From NCBI GenBank assembly GCA_951406725.2, contig OX597826.1:76198001-76262000 (forward strand): DNA of 64,000 bases. Reading direction: 5' to 3'. Position 1 is the stretch's first letter. Every line of letters starts with the position of its first letter. Source of the stretch: Octopus vulgaris. Taxonomy: Eukaryota. This document shows, one piece after another, positions 58,537 through 64,000 of the stretch. The notes under the pieces are model-generated. The model saw nothing but the letters and a program-made list of their open reading frames with translations, did no database searches and had not been told where the DNA came from. The position numbers and the translations under genes are program-made.

Positions 58537-58787
58537 CATGTGTGCCCAAGGACGATGTCTCCAACTATTTTTTTAGTAGGGTTTACCGTTACCCGCCAAC
58601 ATTAGATCATCGTCTTCTCCAGTTCATAAAGTTTTACCGTCACAGAGCATCACCATTTCCTAACAAAACGATTATTATAATTCATCTGCCGCAGGCCGTC
58701 AAGTTGTTGTTGTTGTTTCAGTGGTGGTGGTCGTGGTCACGTTAGTAACGATGAAGGTGTTGCAACCGATGATAATGTGAGGGATGT

Positions 58788-59021
58788 TAAGGCGGCGAGC
58801 TGGCAGAAACGTTAGCACGCCGGGCGAAATGCGTAGCCGTATTTCGTCTGATGTTACGTTCTGAGTTCAAATTCCGCCGAGGTCGACTTTGCCTTTCATC
58901 CTTTCGGGGTCGATCAAATAAGTACCAGTTACGCACTGGTGTCGATCTCATCGACTTAATCCGTTTGTCTGTCCTGGTTTGTCCCCTCTTTATTTAGCCC
59001 CTTGTGGTTAGTAAAGAAATA
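58788..59021 (+). mobile_element. SINE family 2 with 17 bp TSD
   Basis: gataatgtgagggatgt at 58771-58787 and 59022-59038; empty sites at ~29970 and ~56985. Confidence 0.92.
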
Positions 59022-59210
59022 GATAATGTGAGGGATGTGGTGGTGAGTAGTGACAGTGGTAGTGGTGATTGCAGGGTAAACTTTAATAACATGTTTGCTC
59101 CAGCAGGGCACATTTGGAGTTAAGTAACAATAACAACAACAACAACAACAACAACAACAATAAAAACAAATGTAGAAATATGCTTCATTTCTTTCAGAAA
59201 TATTCATTTT

Positions 59211-59242
<32 letters not shown>

Positions 59243-59939
59243 AACATACATACATACATACATACATACATACATACATACATACATACATACATACATA
59301 CATACATTCAAACATACATACATACATACATACATACATACATACATACATAGATACATACCTACCTACCTACCTATATACATACATACATACATACATG
59401 CATACATACATACATGCATACATACATACATACATACATACATACATACAAACATACATACATACATACACGCATACATACATACATACAAACATACATA
59501 CATACATATATTCAAACATACAAACATACATACATACATACACACATACATACATACATACAAACATACATACATACATACAAACATACATACATACATA
59601 CATACATACAGACAGACATACATACACACATACATACACACACACATACATACATACATACATACATACAAACATACATACATACATACATACAAACATA
59701 CATACATACATACATGCAGACAGACATACATACATACCTACCTACATACATACATACCTACATACATACAAACATACATACAAACATACATACATACACA
59801 CAAACATACATACATACAAACATACATACATACATACAAACATACATACATACATACATGCAGACAGACATACATACATACCTACCTACATACATACATA
59901 CCTACATACATACAAACATACATACATACATACATACAT

Positions 59940-60700
59940 ATGGCTACATCGATGCAAGCCAACAACAACAGAATATCGCCAAATATCTACAGCATAAAAA
60001 GGCAGAAAACATGGGCAGACAATAACTGTAAGGCTTTTGAAGACCAAAGCTGAAATCCTCAAGCGTATCATTAGCAGCTACAAGAGAATGTCGGCCAGAT
60101 ATTATCTTCCCATGAGTCATGAGACAGTGGCCGAACAGTCGAGGACAGGACAACGAAAGAGAAAATACCTAAAACGACGTTGACCACATAGAGACCAATC
60201 GGCCAAGAGAATATTGGTGGAACTTAAAAATTAAAACAGGCGCGAAGATAAAACACAAGCGGTCAGATATCGCTGTGTGTGACCACAAAGGAAAAGATAT
60301 GTTCTGTTTCTGGAAATCTGCTGTCCTCCGGACACGAATGCCGTTAGAAAAATACAAAAGAAAGAGGACATCTATGGATCATTGATAAGTCTACAAATCC
60401 AGTACCCAACCAAAGACATATTTTCAGTTTGATACCCATTATTATTTGAGCAACAAGATACATACCAACCCGTCCGGAGCTAGGTATGGCTGAACTTGGG
60501 ATCTTGGGGCGGGAATGCAAATACTTAATTCATATGCTGCATATGATCACAAAATCTGGGACTATAAAAATCTGTCGGACCTTTTTAAGATTTTAACGAT
60601 AATGGATGAAACAAAATATTTCCCTCACAGCCCTGCTACCAAGAAAAGGGGCCAGTCAAAATTTACTCTAAACTAAAAGAGAACGAAATTAAATATACAT
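59940..60700 (+). mobile_element. RLE-type non-LTR retrotransposon 3' fragment, decayed
   Basis: IISSYKRMSARYYLPMSHETVA, KHKRSDIAVCD, KEDIYG, GTIKICRTFLRF*; homologous to 60883-61467. Confidence 0.78.
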
Positions 60701-60789
60701 AAATGTATGAACACATACTTACACATGTATGTATGTATGTATGTATGTATGTATGTATGTATGTATGTATGTATGTATGTATGTATGTC

Positions 60790-61600
60790 TCTTCTGTTTT
60801 TTAATTGTTATAAATCTTCCACTGAAGAGGGAGCCACTTTTCAACAACACTTTTCCATCTTTAGGATGTAGTTAACACAAATTCACATTCGGAACTTGAG
60901 AAAAGTCTTGCATATTTTTACTGTTCCACTCACAGATTGAACTTGTAATCTACGAGTCAGCCGGTCGATTTCTTTTTCTGATAATCCCAGTTTATCCAGA
61001 TTCTCCTTTAAGCATTTACTAACAAAACCTTGTGCTCCAATTACTATTGGTATGAATATGAATTCATAGTCTGGATATAGAAGATGGAAACTTCGTGGCA
61101 GTTGTCCATATATATCCTCTTTTTCTTTGATTTTCAAAGAGATATTTCTATCTGCAGGGCAGCTGACCTCTATGATGGTACATATCTTTGCCCCTCTGTC
61201 CCAAACAAAAATTTTCGGCCTTTTATGCTTACATTTGACAAGTTGTGATGGGAATATTCCACCTTGAGTTTGGTATTTAAGAATGTATTCCACAACAGAG
61301 GGATTTTCGAAGTTTATTTCGGGGCAGTCTTTTTTGCGGATTACATTGTTAATTGTTTTAGCAACAACATCGTGCCGCATAGGGAGGTAGTACCGTGACA
61401 ACATTGTAGGACAGCTGTTAATCACATGCGTAATATCTTTCACAGAAACATGACATTGCTTACACATGCAGTTTCACCTTGGGATTACGAGAACGTCGCT
61501 GCCTCTCTTGTTCACCAGGGACTTTGTGGCAATCTCCTGTTCCTGGATTGCAAACGCACAACCTTCAAAGTGTGATGTGAAGTAGTGGTCTTGTGTAGTG
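60790..61600 (-). mobile_element. RLE-type (R4/Dong-like) non-LTR retrotransposon 3' fragment
   Basis: FAIQEQEI, CKQC..DITHVINSC (CCHC knuckle), RHD, KRP.I...IIEVSCP...K...Y, IPIVIGA; flanked by (CATA)n on both sides. Confidence 0.88.
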
Positions 61601-61800
61601 GTATGTATGTATGTATGTATGTATGTATGTATGTATGTATGTATGTATGCATGTATGTATGTATGTATGTATGTATGTATGTATGTATGTATGTATGTAT
61701 GTATGCATGCATGTATGATGTATGTATGTATGTATGTATGTATGTATGTATGTATGTATGTATGTATGTATGTATGTATGTATGTATGTATGTATGTATG

Positions 61801-61834
<34 letters not shown>

Positions 61835-61872
61835 TGTATGTATGTATGTATGTATGTATGCATGTATGTATG

Positions 61873-61906
<34 letters not shown>

Positions 61907-62445
61907 TGTATGTATGTATGTATGTATGCATGTATGTATGTATGTATGTATGTATGTATGTATGCATGCATGTATGTATGTATGTATGTATGTATGTATG
62001 TATGTATGTATGCATGTATGTATGTATGTATGTATGTATGTATGTATGTATGTATGTATGTATGTATGTATGTATGTATGTATGTATGCATGCATGCATG
62101 TATGTATGTATGTATGTATGTATGTATGTATGTATGTATGTATGTATGTATGTATGCATGTATGTATGTATGTATTCATGTATAAGTATGTTATGCGCTT
62201 AAATATACGAACAGAACACAGCAATCGGTATATACAGAGTTTATTTCATATTACGCTTACAAACATTATGCGGAAAGAGGAACTCATACAAAGGTACACA
62301 CTCACATACATACATGCATACATACATACATACATACATACATACATACATACATACATACATACATACATGCATACATAAACACACAAACTTGTGCAAA
62401 TGGACAAGCACACACACGCACACACACAAACGCACAGTGTCTATT

Positions 62446-62653
62446 TTACAAATTTTCCATATCTTCCACAGTCTGTGGTAAAGATGTATCTTTCACTTCC
62501 GGAAGCAATAATGTCAGTAAACCGGAAACTATTCCCAACACTCCAAAGACGCTGAGAGGGAGCCACGATGCATATGAAGAGAGTCCAAGAATAAGAGGGG
62601 CGCTAATGGCTCCGATACTCGAAAACGTTGATGCAATTCCCATACAACTGTTC
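62446..62653 (-). CDS. SLC22-family gene C, terminal exon only (recent inverted paralogue of gene B; upstream exons would lie beyond the window)
   Basis: Intact acceptor ttttcag|G, 208 nt, open frame NSCMGIASTFSSIGAISAP...LPEVKDTSLPQTVEDMENL*. 16 nt differences from gene B exon 9 by manual alignment. Confidence 0.85.
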
Positions 62654-62986
62654 CTGAAAAGAAACAAATCGATTTTAATCTTCCATTCCATTCAGAATAC
62701 AAGACTATTTATTTATGGATTTATTACATGGTCTGTACCACACGATTTAGTTACCCATTTGACTATCTTCTGCTATGAAGCATTTTACTGTATATATATA
62801 TATATATATATATATAGTTAATCCAAACAAGAAAGCACAAAAAACACAACAACGCGAGGACGTGGAACAAATATAGTATTATTGGACGCTCAGGAAGGAA
62901 GGAAAGAAGGAGGGTTTAACGTTTCGAGCGGAGTTCTTCGTCGGAAACATAGGAGAAGGAAAGATCCAGAGAAGGGAAGACAGAGG

Positions 62987-63031
<45 letters not shown>

Positions 63032-63069
63032 AACTTAGATAAACTTAGATATGTTTCGACCAATGATTG

Positions 63070-64000
63070 ATCCAGGCTATGTCTAACTTAATAGCACCAC
63101 CTGATAGGATTATTTGAATCTTGTTTAAGTCAAGTTTTGTTTATGGTCCATTCAAGTAGTGAGCTTTTGTTGGGTGAATTGTATCCAATTATGGGTGGGT
63201 TATCAGGTATTCCTTGAAGGAATCTATCCAGACTCCGTTTAAAGTTGATGGGATCCTGTTCCTCTTTGATCTCTTTCGAGACAATGTTAAATAGGGCAGG
63301 GCCTGTTGAGGAAAAGAAATTATGTTGTAGTGTACATGTATGCTGTGATCTTAAATTGGGCAGGGGACGTATGGCCCGTGGTCCCAGTCTTGGATGAACC
63401 TTGAAGCTAATGTTCAGGTCGTTTGGGTAAAGTTGGCGGTATATTCTCCACATCGTACAAATGATGTACCGTTCACGGCGACGCTGGAGAGAGTAGAGTT
63501 TCAAGGCTTTAAGGCGATCCCAATAATCGAGAGCAGCCATGCTTTCAATTCGTTTTGTGAGTGCTCTCTGGGGTGATTCAATCCTCGAGATGTTTTGTCT
63601 TGTATGGGGAGACCACAGTGGGCAGCAGTATTCGAGGTGTGGCCGTACAAAGGAGGAGAAAAGTGGTACGATGACACCTTGTTCTCTGGACCAGAAAGTT
63701 CTTAAGATCCAGGAATTCATCCTACGAGCTATATCGACCTTCTTATTGATGTGTGCACTCCAACTGAGATCGTCATCAACAATTACACCCAGGTCTCTGA
63801 TATTGTTAGAGGCTGTGAGCGGTTCCCCTGAAGGAAGAGAGTATGGCTGTTTTAGTGAGGAATTTCTTCCAAAATGTATCAGCTCAAATTTTCCCTCGTT
63901 CAGTTGCATTTTGTTTCTGTCTGCCCATTGACTCACAGCATATAGATCAGACTGGAGTTGAGTTCGGTCTGCTTCTTCATTGACGGTTTGCTGGAGCTTA
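63070..64000 (-). mobile_element. CR1-clade LINE, 3' part of RT ORF (open 268 aa), running off the window
   Basis: QWADRNKMQLN..K, RDLGVIVD..LSWSAHI, VRPHLEYCCPLWSP, LYSLQRRRER. Confidence 0.9.

Overview
Eukaryotic, AT-rich DNA dense in microsatellites and SINEs. The repeat content looks like a coleoid cephalopod (Octopus-like); this is an inference. The window holds a tandem cluster of SLC22-family (organic cation/anion/zwitterion, MFS) transporter genes. Two are complete 9-coding-exon genes on the + strand, reconstructed by hand with GT-AG sites and consistent phases: gene A 1813-25893 (553 aa) and gene B 36636-55916 (562 aa). A third copy (gene C) is seen only as its last exon on the - strand (62446-62653), tail-to-tail with gene B and about 92% identical to it. 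Gene C has lost the TM11 Arg linked to charge selectivity. Introns and spacers contain tRNA-derived SINEs, Penelope-like elements, several hammerhead-ribozyme motifs, RLE-type (R4/Dong-like) and CR1 LINE fragments, mariner relics, Helitron-like elements and MITEs. Two large inverted duplications stand out: one brackets the first exon of gene B, the other joins the 3' ends of genes B and C. Most ORFs in the supplied track are microsatellite or SINE artefacts. No CRISPR array, rRNA or true tRNA gene is supported.
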